64,000 bases of DNA from Candidatus Poribacteria bacterium (lineage in GTDB: Bacteria; Poribacteria; WGA-4E; PCPOR2b), in the NCBI GenBank assembly GCA_965208675.1, contig OZ242351.1, forward strand, positions 3,456,001 through 3,520,000, read 5' to 3'. The notes beneath the pieces are model-generated. The model was not told where the DNA came from, did no database searches, and was given only the letters and a program-made list of their open reading frames with translations. Numbering within the stretch: position 1 is the stretch's first letter; every line of letters starts with the position of its first letter. Positions 39,615 through 50,891 of this stretch are shown here, one piece after another. The translations under genes were made by a program, and so were the position numbers.

Positions 39615-40598
39615 ATGCAGACAGAGGACCAAGTACAACATTTCCGAGAAAATTACAACCGAGTAAAGGCAGAGGTGCAAAAGCGCATCGTTGGACAGGA
39701 TGAAATCATCGAAGGCGTATTACTATGCCTACTCGCCGACGGACATGCGCTTCTCGAAGGCGTCCCCGGCTTGGGCAAAACGCAACTTGTGCATACGTTA
39801 AGCGAAGTTTTGAGCTTGTCCTTTTCGCGAATTCAGTTCACGCCCGATATGATGCCATCAGACATTACGGGTACTATGTTGCTTATCGAAAACGCACAGG
39901 GGCGCAAACAGTTCGAATTTCAGAAGGGGCCGATTTTTTCGCAGATTGTTTTGGCAGACGAGATTAACCGAGCCACGCCACGAACCCAATCCGCGTTGCT
40001 GGAAGCTATGCAGGAGCGGACAGTAAGTGTAGCGCGGACAAGCCACAAACTAGATGAACCGTTTTGTGTTCTCGCGACGCAAAATCCTTTGGAGTTAGAA
40101 GGGACGTATCCGTTGCCAGAAGCCCAGTTAGATCGATTTCTATTTAAGCTTCACGTGAATTATCCGGACGCAGATGAAATGCTTGAGATTATGCGCCGCA
40201 CCACAAGGGATGGAGATGTTCCAATAGAGCGGGTGATTGATTCAGAGACGATTCAGTGGATGCGGCAGTTGGTTCGGCGTGTGCCAATTGTGGAACATGT
40301 TGAGCGGTATATCATTGCGCTGATTCGAGCGACTCATCCGAATAATTCAGATGCACCGGAGATTACCAAGCAGTATGTCGAGTTGGGGGGGAGCATACGC
40401 GGCGTACAAGCGGTCACACTAACAGCAAAGATTAAAGCATTGCTAGACGAGCGCTACAACGTGGCTTTTGAGGACGTACAAGCAGTCGCACTCCCTGCGC
40501 TGCGTCACCGCATATTCTTGAACTATGAAGGTAAGGGCGAGGACATCAACACAGATGATGTTGTCACGCGTATTCTTGAGTCTTTAGATGCGGAGTGA
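39615..40598 (+). CDS. MoxR-family AAA+ ATPase
   Basis: GVPGLGKT, RIQFTPD, DEINRA, EGTYPLPEAQLDRF. Confidence 0.95.
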   Translation: MQTEDQVQHFRENYNRVKAEVQKRIVGQDEIIEGVLLCLLADGHALLEGVPGLGKTQLVHTLSEVLSLSFSRIQFTPDMMPSDITGTMLLIENAQGRKQFEFQKGPIFSQIVLADEINRATPRTQSALLEAMQERTVSVARTSHKLDEPFCVLATQNPLELEGTYPLPEAQLDRFLFKLHVNYPDADEMLEIMRRTTRDGDVPIERVIDSETIQWMRQLVRRVPIVEHVERYIIALIRATHPNNSDAPEITKQYVELGGSIRGVQAVTLTAKIKALLDERYNVAFEDVQAVALPALRHRIFLNYEGKGEDINTDDVVTRILESLDAE

Positions 40599-40624
40599 AG
40601 CTTGGGCGGGGGATTGGCGGTATG

Positions 40625-41734
40625 TCAAACACTCATTTCAAGCATTCGCTCAATTGGGCTTCTCGCACCCTCAATGACATCCGGGCTCAACGTAACTTCG
40701 TGTGGGCTTAAATCGCCGCCGCCATCTAGCGTTTCCAGTATACGCAGCACTTTGTCGAGCGAAACTTTTGCCATGTGCGAGCAACGCACGGAGCAAGCTG
40801 TCCAAAACTGAATTGTTGGAAACTCCTGCGCCAGATTCGAGGTTAATTCACATTCCGATGCGATAAAGGCGCGTTCCAGCGTGTTTTCTTCGACCCGCTT
40901 TGCGATGTCCCTGCGTATCTGGCTAGTGCTGCCGTAATAGTCCGCCTCATGAAGCACCTCCGGGCGGCATTCCCAGTGTGCATAGAGTATTCGCTCCGGA
41001 TGACCTTTAGGGATTTCGAACGAGTCTCGAATCGCGAGTAAATCTTGGAGTGAGAACCTTTCATGAACCTCGCACACGGCGCCCGGTTCTTGATTGCCTT
41101 TGCCCGGATACAGAACTGTTTTTTCTCCCATGAGTTCTTGTTCTAAATTTTGTGAAAAGAAAATGTCGGGAACAAAAAGAATCTCGCCGCCCGGCATGGC
41201 TTGCGCAATCTTGGCGGCATTCGCTGATGTACAGCAGATGTCTGATTCCGCTTTCGCATCGGCGTAGCTGTTGATGTAAATCATGACTGGAACGCCGGGG
41301 TAAAGCGCTTTCAACTTCTTCACATCCTCCGCGCCGAAATTATCCGCCAATGAACAACCCGCCGATTTATCAGCGACAAGCACTGTCTTCAACGGATTAA
41401 GTATCTTTGCCGTTTCCGCCATGAACGGCACGCCATTAAAGATAATGTATTGTGCTTCTGTTTTTGCAGCGTGCATGCTTAATCCAAGCGAGTCCCCTTG
41501 CTCTGCTGTTTCAGACAGACCAAACACAAGCGGTTCCATGTAATTGTGGCCGAGCATTAACACGTTGTGTTTTTTCTTGAGTTTTAAAATATTGTAGACA
41601 GTTTCTGCATGCGCTTCGATGTCGATATTCGTTAAACTCGGATGATGCCGCTGGTAGAGTTCATTTTTTACGCCTTCAAGACTGAACTCTTCCGTATGCA
41701 TGCCAATGTCTCTTGCTGTGGGTTGGGCGTCCAT
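40625..41734 (-). CDS. nadA: Quinolinate synthase
   Basis: HNYM, GDSL, FMAETAKILNP, AGCSLA, YINS, CCTSANA, CEVH. Confidence 0.92.
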   Translation of the reverse strand: MDAQPTARDIGMHTEEFSLEGVKNELYQRHHPSLTNIDIEAHAETVYNILKLKKKHNVLMLGHNYMEPLVFGLSETAEQGDSLGLSMHAAKTEAQYIIFNGVPFMAETAKILNPLKTVLVADKSAGCSLADNFGAEDVKKLKALYPGVPVMIYINSYADAKAESDICCTSANAAKIAQAMPGGEILFVPDIFFSQNLEQELMGEKTVLYPGKGNQEPGAVCEVHERFSLQDLLAIRDSFEIPKGHPERILYAHWECRPEVLHEADYYGSTSQIRRDIAKRVEENTLERAFIASECELTSNLAQEFPTIQFWTACSVRCSHMAKVSLDKVLRILETLDGGGDLSPHEVTLSPDVIEGARSPIERMLEMSV

Positions 41735-42003
41735 GATTTCATCTACCCCGATATTTTACGGGGGATTTTCACCTCATGTCTTTTTGAATGTCGTGATTGC
41801 AGTGAGAAAAATTTGTTGCATTTAATTTGTAGCTACAACAAAGTCACGATATTTGCTAAATTGCTAGAGTGTACATTAAGGCAAAAGGATTTGTCAAGTT
41901 TGAACGATTTACGCATTGGATTAAGAGGGGGCAACAGCGTGATTTACGATGGCAGTAATCTTCAAAACTACCGCAGCCGCTGCGCGCTCCTCCGATCCCG
42001 CGA

Positions 42004-43455
42004 CTATTCATCCAGCCCATACTCCTTCCACCGTTTGTCGACGAGATCGATTACCTCTTGAGACATCTTGATTTCGTCGGGCCATTCGCGTTGGTAACCC
42101 TCCTCGCTCCATTTGGACGTTGCATCAATGCCCATCTTTGACCCGGCGCCCATCAGGGGGGCGGCGTGGTCTAGCACATCAACGGGCCCCTCGACAATGG
42201 TTACGTCGCGTTTCGGATCAACGTTGCTGCCGACGCGGAAAAACACCTCCTCCACACGCTGCACATCTACATCTTTATCGACAACGATGATGATTTTGCT
42301 GAACATGAGTTGTCCGAGTCCCCACAAGCTGTGCATAATCTTCTTTGCGTGGAAGGGATAGCGTTTATCAATCGAGACCAAGGCAAAATTGTGGAACACA
42401 CCGAACAGCGGGAGATTCATATCGACCAGTTCCGGAAGTTGTGTTTTAATCAACGGCAAAAAGATTCGCTCGGTTGCTTTACCCATGTAGCAGTCTTCCA
42501 TTGGCGGTTTGCCAACGATGATAGTTTGGTAGATAGGGTTCTTACGGTGGGTGATAGCAGTGATATGAAAAACGGGATATTCGTCCTCAAGCGAATAATA
42601 GCCGGTGTGATCGCCGAAAGGGCCTTCTATGCAGGTTTCGTTGGGTTCGATATAGCCTTCAATCACAATGTCGGCGTCTGCTGGCGCAAGCATATCAATC
42701 GTCATACACTGTACCATTGGCACATTGGATTCGCGGAGAAAGCCCGCAAATAGGATTTCATCGATGCCTGTCGGGAGCGGGGCGGTACCGATATAAGACA
42801 TGACCGGATCGCCGCCGATTGCAACGGCGACAGGCATCCGCTCCCCCGCCTGACGGTATTCGCGGTGATGCGCTGCGCCGTCATGGTGAATCTGCCAATG
42901 CATCGCCATTGTACGTGAATCAATCTTCTGTATTCGATAGGTGCCAACATTGCGCTGACCTGTTTTCAGGCTGTGCGTAAAGACTTGGGGCAGTGTGATA
43001 TATTTATCCGCGTCAAGGGGCCAACATTTGATAAGCGGCAAGCTATCCAATGAGACGCTATCGCCGGTATGCACTACTTCTTGGCTGGCGCCGCGCCGCA
43101 CGGTCTTGGGAGGGAATTTAGTCAATTTCGCCAGTATGCCGAGTATCTTGACTTTATCGAGAAGCGATTCCGGAGGACCAAGCTTAATCATACCTTCAAT
43201 TTCATCGGCAATCTCGTTGAGGTCATCCACGCCGAGCGCCATTGCCATCCGCTTGTAAGATCCGAAGGCGTTGATGAGCAACGGCATCTCGCTCCCTTCT
43301 ACATTTTCAAACAGCAATGCCGGACCTTCTGCTTTACTCACCCGGTCAGTAATCTGCGAAACTTCGAGATTAGGTGAGACTTTGGCTGTAATGCGTTTCA
43401 GCTCGCCCTCTTGTTCCAGGGTTTTGACAAAATCTCTTAGGCTGGAATATGCCAT
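42004..43455 (-). CDS. UbiD-family (menaquinone futalosine-type) decarboxylase
   Basis: NVGTYR, MHWQIHHDG, EGPFGDHTGYY, GKPPMED, KMGIDAT. Confidence 0.92.
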   Translation of the reverse strand: MAYSSLRDFVKTLEQEGELKRITAKVSPNLEVSQITDRVSKAEGPALLFENVEGSEMPLLINAFGSYKRMAMALGVDDLNEIADEIEGMIKLGPPESLLDKVKILGILAKLTKFPPKTVRRGASQEVVHTGDSVSLDSLPLIKCWPLDADKYITLPQVFTHSLKTGQRNVGTYRIQKIDSRTMAMHWQIHHDGAAHHREYRQAGERMPVAVAIGGDPVMSYIGTAPLPTGIDEILFAGFLRESNVPMVQCMTIDMLAPADADIVIEGYIEPNETCIEGPFGDHTGYYSLEDEYPVFHITAITHRKNPIYQTIIVGKPPMEDCYMGKATERIFLPLIKTQLPELVDMNLPLFGVFHNFALVSIDKRYPFHAKKIMHSLWGLGQLMFSKIIIVVDKDVDVQRVEEVFFRVGSNVDPKRDVTIVEGPVDVLDHAAPLMGAGSKMGIDATSKWSEEGYQREWPDEIKMSQEVIDLVDKRWKEYGLDE

Positions 43456-43554
43456 GTTTTACCTCGTGCCGTATCGGAACACAAATTCCTATGACTATCG
43501 GGAATCGCGTTACCTGCATTTCCCCGATTCTTTACACGCCCGAATCTCCGGCCG

Positions 43555-45078
43555 TTATGGGAAAAAGTTGTTATCTTTGGTGGTTGTGGGACACCATCGG
43601 GCGGCAAAAAGAAAGTGTAACAGGGCTTCTTGCGCTTCAGGTGTGCCAATTCGATGCAGTGCATCAACCGCATTCGCACGGACATACCGATTCTCATCGT
43701 CCAACGCGGCCTTCAATGCCGGCACCGCTTCATGCGCCTGCGTTCCGATCCGAGTCAATGAGAGTGCAGCCGTGAACCTAACCTGAGCATCCGAATCGTG
43801 TAAGGCGTCCGTCAACGCCGGCACAACATCTTTGGGCGGGGATTCAATTATTCCTAATGCCTCAACCATGTTCTGGCGCACCTCCTCTGACGAATCTTTG
43901 AGAAGTTTGGCTAGTTTCGCCACGGTGTCTTGCGTCGCTGACCCAATCTCGCCCAGCGCAAAAGCCGCACCGCCGCGAACCGCGTCAGACTTGTGTTCCA
44001 ACGCGGCTTCCAGCGCAGGAACAGCCGGCGCGCCGGCCGCGCTGAGTGCGTACGCGGCATTCCGCCGCACCGACTCCGACTCGTGATTCAATGCATCTAT
44101 CAACAACGACACAGCGTGGGCGCTAATTTCACCCAACGCGTAGGCGGCGTTGAGACCGACAGCTTCTTGAGTGTCTCCCAGAGATTCTATCAGTGCCGGC
44201 ACAGCGTCTTGGCTGGCTTCATCACTTATCCTTCCCAACGCGTCCACCGCATTGAGGCGGTGGGTAGGGTTCTCATCGCGCAGCGCTTTAATCCATTGGG
44301 ACACATCGCCATTCCCTGACGAATTTGCGCCGTGCGGTGGAGCGCCTTTCTCGCGCAATCGTTCCCTGCCCGACAACCAGTTCCAACAATGCTGCCACAT
44401 TGTCTGAGGTTTTAAGGCTGGGCAGCCATTTTCGACAGGCGACCAGGCCGACATTTCATTGTTCCAAGTGGGTTCTTTCGGCGCATCCATTCGGATGAAT
44501 TGAAATTTCAACATGAACCGATGCTTGTCGGTACGGTTTGCCATCGCCCGGTGCAAAAGGTCATAATGGATAATCGTTACTGTACCGGCTCCACCGAAAA
44601 GCGGCACTCCGGCTTCATCATTTCCATGTTCACCTGTACAGTAATATTGTGTACCCGGTAACACCGCGGTCGGCCCAATGTCTTCGGCGACATCCTGCGG
44701 ATAGTAGAACGCCATTGCCCACCAGGGGCGGTGGTTGCGCATCTTTAAATAACCCCAATAGCTGTCTTTATGCCAACCCTGCGCCTCACTGCCGGGCGAA
44801 TTGTGGTGGGGATGTCGGTGCGGGTGCATGATATAATCCGGACCTAATATACTGGTAAAGGCGCCCCGGATAACCGGTTGATCGAAGACTTCCTGAATCT
44901 CAGGAATCCTCGGCAGCACGTTGTTCCCCGGGTTGCCTTCTTTCTCAACGACCGAGTTAAGCTGCTGGTAGATGTATTCGTGGAAACTAGTGGGAAGATT
45001 CGTCTTGACCGTCACATATCCGTTGACAATGAAATCCCGTATCTGATTGTCATTGAAGAGATATCTGTTATCAAGCAT
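43555..45078 (-). CDS. PhyH-family dioxygenase fused to HEAT repeats
   Basis: N-terminal WHKD, YYPQD and HYDLLHR; C-terminal 'VRxxAAxAL...AVPAL' repeats. Confidence 0.85.
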   Translation of the reverse strand: MLDNRYLFNDNQIRDFIVNGYVTVKTNLPTSFHEYIYQQLNSVVEKEGNPGNNVLPRIPEIQEVFDQPVIRGAFTSILGPDYIMHPHRHPHHNSPGSEAQGWHKDSYWGYLKMRNHRPWWAMAFYYPQDVAEDIGPTAVLPGTQYYCTGEHGNDEAGVPLFGGAGTVTIIHYDLLHRAMANRTDKHRFMLKFQFIRMDAPKEPTWNNEMSAWSPVENGCPALKPQTMWQHCWNWLSGRERLREKGAPPHGANSSGNGDVSQWIKALRDENPTHRLNAVDALGRISDEASQDAVPALIESLGDTQEAVGLNAAYALGEISAHAVSLLIDALNHESESVRRNAAYALSAAGAPAVPALEAALEHKSDAVRGGAAFALGEIGSATQDTVAKLAKLLKDSSEEVRQNMVEALGIIESPPKDVVPALTDALHDSDAQVRFTAALSLTRIGTQAHEAVPALKAALDDENRYVRANAVDALHRIGTPEAQEALLHFLFAARWCPTTTKDNNFFP

Positions 45079-45204
45079 TTTTAATTCCTTTTCTTCGTTT
45101 TACATCAGAGGCTATTTTTCGTTGATTGCACAATAATCCATCTTCAGCGTAGTTTAATGCAGTTGAAAATTTGATGCCCAACCGTGATAGTCTGTTTATT
45201 TCTC

Positions 45205-46362
45205 TTATGGTGCAACGACTACCTTCATACACTGCTCGGGTTGCATCGACTTCAGCATTCCCATCTCGGTCTGAGCGAGCGGGTATTCATGTGTCACGAA
45301 TTTCTCAAATGGAAAGCGGTTGGTGTTCCTTTGCATTAGCTCCATGCTAGGCGTGTAGCCGGTGAATGGGTGGTTCGTCATCCCGATAAGCCGGATATTT
45401 TTTGAACAGAAATGGCGGTGCGGACTTAACGATACCTCTCCCGTCTCGACAAAATTGCCAGCTTCAATGTAAACACCGCCTTTGCGCAGCATCTCCAGCC
45501 CTTCAGGCACGACTTCGGCAATACCGGCACATTCCACGACGATGTCCGCGCCGCGCCCATGGGTCAAAGAACGGACGAATTCAATGCGCTCGTCTTGGGT
45601 GGTCTTTGTCACATTGAGGGTGTGGTCAACACCAAATTCCCTAGCGAGGTCGAGGCGGAAATCCGCTCCATCGGTGGCGATAATCTGTCCAGCACCCATC
45701 ATTCGTGCCTTAATGACGTGGCAAATTCCCATTGGGCCGACGCCTTGAATAACAACGGTGCTGCCCGTGGCGAATCCCTCGCCGGTGAGCGTGAAGAACT
45801 CCTTCGTCTTATCCAGGTTGTAGCTAACAGCCATCAGCTCGACCATGACGGCAACTCGCAGCGGAAGTTCTTCGGGAACTTTGTAGAGAAATGCGTTAGG
45901 CAGGATGTACATATATTCCGCCCAACCTCCAAACAGGTGAGGAGGATCTGCGGCGGTAAACGCATTGCCATAACCTTGCAGATTTTCACACCAAGGGAAC
46001 GCAAACGTGTGCCGGCAGTCATAGCATTCGCCGCAAATGACGTCCGGGCACAAGGCGACGCGGTCACCGACCCGCAGCCGTTCCCCGTTGAAGTCGAGGC
46101 GCGGGTTTTTGCTATCGTTGATTTCAGCGACGATTCCAACCACTTCATGCCCCGGAATGATTGGGAACGGGGTATCCGATTCTGCGTCGGTGCCGGCATA
46201 TTGTTTCGTCTCCCCGCGCCAAGTGTGCTTGTCCGTGCCGCAGATGCCGCACATCTCCACCTTGAGGAGCACACCGCCATCTTCCAACTCTGGGAAAGGA
46301 AACTCTTGAATCTCGATTTTTCCCGGGTGCACCATTACCGCCGCTTGGACGACATCGCCCAT
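45205..46362 (-). CDS. Zinc-binding alcohol dehydrogenase (MDR) family
   Basis: CGICGTD, GHE, CGECYDC, GVGPMG. Confidence 0.92.
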   Translation of the reverse strand: MGDVVQAAVMVHPGKIEIQEFPFPELEDGGVLLKVEMCGICGTDKHTWRGETKQYAGTDAESDTPFPIIPGHEVVGIVAEINDSKNPRLDFNGERLRVGDRVALCPDVICGECYDCRHTFAFPWCENLQGYGNAFTAADPPHLFGGWAEYMYILPNAFLYKVPEELPLRVAVMVELMAVSYNLDKTKEFFTLTGEGFATGSTVVIQGVGPMGICHVIKARMMGAGQIIATDGADFRLDLAREFGVDHTLNVTKTTQDERIEFVRSLTHGRGADIVVECAGIAEVVPEGLEMLRKGGVYIEAGNFVETGEVSLSPHRHFCSKNIRLIGMTNHPFTGYTPSMELMQRNTNRFPFEKFVTHEYPLAQTEMGMLKSMQPEQCMKVVVAP

Positions 46363-46913
46363 AATCTCTGGTCCTTCCTAAAAAATCAGCATAGACAGTA
46401 TCGGCGGATACAGTCTTTTTGTTCCAGTGAGCCGATGCACTGCACGATTCCGACGGGCAGCAGTCCACGACCAAACACTGGACAACTACGGTCCGCGCGC
46501 AGCGGGTAAATTGTATCATACACGGCTAATTATATCAATCATCCTCTGATATATTGCGTGTATGTATGAAACAACTTCTCCCACGGAGGTTTTACCGATA
46601 CCACACTCAAAACGGGGTATAGGAAAGGCAAGACGCTCATAAATGCTTGTCACACGGAGAGAAAAGCGTTACAATTTAGATGCCGATGGCGTTACATTTT
46701 TGCAACGTTTGCGTCTCGATATTCAATCTCAAGATAGGACAACTATAGTCAATTCCATTCATATTGATATATTTTCGACAGATGCGGTTTCCAAGCACCC
46801 CTGCGGACAGGATAAATACTAGTTCGGTTAGGAAACCAAACCTACCGTGATGTATAGTCGATTATCGGATCTACTATTAGCGTCGAAACCTCGGAGGAAT
46901 ATTAACAGATTAG

Positions 46914-48785
46914 ATGAATAAGATGTTGTATTTTAGTTTTGCCCTGTTGTTCGTCACAAATTTTTTTCTGCCGGATGCGTTCGCCCAAGATTTCACGCGC
47001 TGGGGTTTGCCTGAAGGTGCGAGTGCGCGACTGGGTAGAGGCTCAATAACAGATGTTGCGTTTTCTCCGGACGGTACGCAACTTGCGGTGGCTAGCAGCG
47101 TCGGGATTTGGCTTTATGATGCACGTACATATCAAGAGACTACCCAATTGACCGGGCATACTTGGGTCAAAAGCGTTGCGTTCAGTCCAGATGGCGGGAC
47201 ACTCGCAAGCGGGAGCGCAAATGGAACCATCCGCCTGTGGGATGCCGCTAACGGAGAATCCCGCAGAACAATCAAGGGGCATACGTCCGATGTTAGGAGC
47301 GTTGTGTTCAGCGCGGATGGCGCGACCCTGGTTAGCGGCGGCGGTTGGGAGGACAATACAATTCGCTTGTGGAGCACGGCTACGGGAGCGTTGCGCACAA
47401 CACTCACGGGGCATGAGTCTGATATTTATTGCGTTGCAATCAGCAGCAGCGGCAAGACAATCGCGAGCGGGAGTAAGGACGGCACAATAATGCTGTGGAA
47501 TGCCGCCACCGGCAAGCTGCGAAGAAAGATTACGAGGCATAGCGGCGGTGTAAGGAGTGTTGTGTTCAGCGCCAATGGAAGGACACTCGCCAGCGCAGGG
47601 GGTTGGAGAGACAACACAATCCGACTGTGGAACGCCGCGAACGGAAAGCTGCGCAAAACGCTCAAGGGACACACTGACGCCGTAACTAGCCTTGCGTTCA
47701 GCCCAGACGGCGCGATGCTCGCTAGCGGCAGTTGGGACAATACTATCCGTGTGTGGGACGCCGCCACTCGGAAAATCCGCATAACACTTGAAGGGCATGC
47801 AGGCGATGTCAACAGTGTGGCGTTCAGCGCGGATGGTGCCACGCTCGCCAGCGGCGGCGGTCGAAAGGACAACACCGTCCGCCTGTGGGACGCTGCCACG
47901 GGTGAGCCGCGGGCAACGCTTTTAGGTTATACGTGCGATGTGTGGAGCGTTGTGTTCAACGCAGACGGCACGACGCTCGCCGCCGGCGGTTGGGACGGCG
48001 CTATCCGCTTGTGGGATGTTGCCAAAGGCGAACCCCGCAAAACCCTCACGGGACATACAGACGAGGTCGATAGCGTTGCGTTCAGCGCCGATGGCGCGAC
48101 ACTTGCCAGCGGGAGTAGAGACGGCACCATCCACTTGTGGGATATTGCCGAGGGTACGATCCGCAAAGAGATTACGGGCCATGCGGGCGATGTCAATAGT
48201 GTTGCGTTCAGCGCCGATGACGCTACACTCGCCAATGACGGGGGTTTGCACGGCACAATTTACCTGTGGAATGCCGCCACGGGCCAGTTTCGCAGCATGC
48301 TCACGGGGCATACGTCCCCGATTAACAGCTTAGTGTTCAGTGCGGATGGCGCCACGCTTGCCAGCGGGAGTTGGGACGCTACCATCCGATTATGGGATGC
48401 CGCCACGGGGGCGCATCGAAAAACGCTAGCAGGGCATACGGAAGCCGTCACGAGTATTGCGTTCAACGCCGACGGCACGGCACTCGCCAGTGAGGGTAGG
48501 GACGGCACCATCCGATTGTGGGATATTGACACCGGAGAGCTCCGCAAAACCCTCACCGGCAAAATGGCGCCCGTCAACAGCATAGCGTTCAGCGCGGATG
48601 GCGCCACGCTCGCCAGCGGGTGCTGGGACGCCGCCATCCGATTGTGGGACATTGACACGGGAGAACTCCGCAGAATACTCACTGGACATACCGGCGGTGT
48701 AACTAGCGTTACCTTTGGAGCCGATGGCGCCACGCTTGCCAGCGGGAGTATGGACGGTACAATTCTGCTCTGGGAACTCCCGTAG
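46914..48785 (+). CDS. Secreted WD40-repeat protein (about 14 repeats)
   Basis: Signal peptide, WGLPEGASARLGRG, repeated GH...V.SVAFS.DG.TLASGS.D.TIRLWD. Confidence 0.95.
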   Translation: MNKMLYFSFALLFVTNFFLPDAFAQDFTRWGLPEGASARLGRGSITDVAFSPDGTQLAVASSVGIWLYDARTYQETTQLTGHTWVKSVAFSPDGGTLASGSANGTIRLWDAANGESRRTIKGHTSDVRSVVFSADGATLVSGGGWEDNTIRLWSTATGALRTTLTGHESDIYCVAISSSGKTIASGSKDGTIMLWNAATGKLRRKITRHSGGVRSVVFSANGRTLASAGGWRDNTIRLWNAANGKLRKTLKGHTDAVTSLAFSPDGAMLASGSWDNTIRVWDAATRKIRITLEGHAGDVNSVAFSADGATLASGGGRKDNTVRLWDAATGEPRATLLGYTCDVWSVVFNADGTTLAAGGWDGAIRLWDVAKGEPRKTLTGHTDEVDSVAFSADGATLASGSRDGTIHLWDIAEGTIRKEITGHAGDVNSVAFSADDATLANDGGLHGTIYLWNAATGQFRSMLTGHTSPINSLVFSADGATLASGSWDATIRLWDAATGAHRKTLAGHTEAVTSIAFNADGTALASEGRDGTIRLWDIDTGELRKTLTGKMAPVNSIAFSADGATLASGCWDAAIRLWDIDTGELRRILTGHTGGVTSVTFGADGATLASGSMDGTILLWELP

Positions 48786-48829
48786 TTACCGTTGAACGGC
48801 TTCTTTCAGAACGACACGCTCACACAAAC

Positions 48830-49059
48830 CCCAAATTCCTACCGATTACGAATATCCACCGCCAAATTTTTTGCGCTTTTCGGTAACATTGTTTTATATG
48901 CACGACACGTCGTACAAGGAACTCTGCGAGTATTTGGAAATCGGAATCAGCGGTGTTGCGGGCCGGCTTTACGACGCTAGGAAACAACTCAACCGACGGT
49001 TATGGGCAATGGTTGAAAACGACGTTTCCACCAACGTACCAAAAACTGCGTCCGTTTAG
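48830..49059 (+). pseudogene. ECF sigma factor region-4 remnant
   Basis: VTLFYMHDTSYKELCEYLEIGISGVAGRLYDARKQL resembles a sigma-4 HTH; region 2 is absent. Confidence 0.55.
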
Positions 49060-49141
49060 ATACAAAAATCGGTCGAAACACCCCGATTTCGAGGAGTCAT
49101 AGGAGTCGAGATTTATAATCGAAACATCTGGAAAACTCGTC

Positions 49142-50719
49142 ATGTCCAATCTTTTTATGAAAACACCCCCGGTTCGCACGGTTAGAGGTAAGGTCACCGA
49201 TGAGCGCGGCAACCCAATCGAAGGGGCACTACTCTGTTCAATATATCACTATCACGAATGCAGAGACGAAAAGCGAAACGAAAACACCGCCGCAACTGAC
49301 GCTGCCGGGGAGTATTCGATCGACAGATGGGTCAACGACCGTCCACTGCTCTACGCAATGGCTGACGGCTATACGACTGGCGTCGTGCATCTCGATTTGG
49401 TCAATCATACTTCGTTCTTAATCAATTTTGTACTCAAGCCCGCCGTCGAAACATCAGGGCGAGTTGTCGATGAAAACGGCGAGCCGGTGGAACGGGCTTA
49501 CGTCGGATTTCACTATCCTCTGCAACAACACGGAGTTTTAGACCCGTGGTCAACATACACCGATGCGGACGGGAGTTTTCATATCTCCGGATTGCCTGAA
49601 GGCACAATGCGAGTCTACACTTCTCACGACGACTATCACAGGACCGACCACAGAACCGACGACTGGCAGGAAATAACGTCAGGCGATACAGATGCCGCAT
49701 TGGTCTTGACACCGAAAACCCTAGCGAAAATCCACGGGCAGGTTGTCGATGCCGAAACGGGAGAATCAATCCCCGATTTCACCTATTTCACAGACAGACC
49801 GTACAAACCCTCAGAAGAGCGGGAAACGGCTTGGAAGGGATTAGAAGCGGATGGGTGTCACGACACATCGGAATCTGGAGAATTTTCCACCAAGGCACTC
49901 GATATTAATTGCGAACTCGATGTCATCGTGACAGCGGACGGATATGCACCGTTTCGCATTTGCAATGTTGTCGTGGGCTGCGAACGGCTTCGATTCCCGC
50001 TGGAGCCGGGCAAAACCGTTCAGGGCCGCGTTGTTGATGCCAAAACAATGCAGCCGATTGCCAACGCGGCGGTCCGCCATTTCTGTGCCGAACGCCCATT
50101 AGTCGATATGCCTGGTGTTCAACGATTAGTTTGGAATGGCCGGTCGGGTGCTAGAAATCAGTATCTAGGCGGACAATCAAGCGTGACCGATGCAGCCGGG
50201 CGTTTCGTTTTCAACACTCTTGGGGCGATGGGCGGCTATCTTTACGTCGAACCGCCTGATGACAGCCAACTTGCACCTTCGGCTGTCGGACCAATCCAAT
50301 TTGATGACGGGGTATCGGAACTCGAGATGGTCATCATGTGTAACTCGGGCGGCACGGTTCAAGGCAAGGTACCGGAACTGCCGGCGGACGAAATCGCTCA
50401 CTACAAGGATTTTCATGCCTGTTCAGCGGCACCAATAGAATCTGTCTGGCTCGCGTCAGACGAGATTCCACACCTTAAGATTGTATGCGGCCAGTTGATA
50501 GCAAGCGACGGGGCACTCAGCCTAGACGAAATGGACTGCGACGAATCATACGAGATACCGGATAACCGTGAAGTTGCTTTTTCGCATGTTATGCCGGGGC
50601 GATGGCGGTTGCAACACTGCACCCACCACCCAGATTTTTTCTATGAAACTGAAGAGATTGAGGTGCTTCCGCTCCAGATTGGGAAAGGTGAGACGATTAC
50701 CGAACCGTTCAAATATTGA
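49142..50719 (+). CDS. Carboxypeptidase regulatory-like repeat protein
   Basis: Repeated 'G.V.D..G.PI.GA...TDA.G.F' units. Confidence 0.75.
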   Translation: MSNLFMKTPPVRTVRGKVTDERGNPIEGALLCSIYHYHECRDEKRNENTAATDAAGEYSIDRWVNDRPLLYAMADGYTTGVVHLDLVNHTSFLINFVLKPAVETSGRVVDENGEPVERAYVGFHYPLQQHGVLDPWSTYTDADGSFHISGLPEGTMRVYTSHDDYHRTDHRTDDWQEITSGDTDAALVLTPKTLAKIHGQVVDAETGESIPDFTYFTDRPYKPSEERETAWKGLEADGCHDTSESGEFSTKALDINCELDVIVTADGYAPFRICNVVVGCERLRFPLEPGKTVQGRVVDAKTMQPIANAAVRHFCAERPLVDMPGVQRLVWNGRSGARNQYLGGQSSVTDAAGRFVFNTLGAMGGYLYVEPPDDSQLAPSAVGPIQFDDGVSELEMVIMCNSGGTVQGKVPELPADEIAHYKDFHACSAAPIESVWLASDEIPHLKIVCGQLIASDGALSLDEMDCDESYEIPDNREVAFSHVMPGRWRLQHCTHHPDFFYETEEIEVLPLQIGKGETITEPFKY

Positions 50720-50891
50720 TACATGGTGCGAATCAGGCACACTGAACCCAACCGGAAACGTTAGGTTTTGGAACAATCTATTCTAGCGCAGTGGCTGCAG
50801 AAATTCTTCAGCGAGGCGGCGGGAAATCAGCGATTGTTGGCAAATCTTCTGACAACTCCGCCGACTCGGTAGTTCGGGATGCAAGCGTCCT

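Noticed and set aside
45559-46509. 316-aa plus-strand ORF
   Set aside because: Antisense to a clear Zn-dependent dehydrogenase, with no recognisable motifs.
47043-48733. Repetitive antisense and alternative-frame ORFs over the WD40 gene
   Set aside because: Shadows of the WD40 repeat coding sequence.
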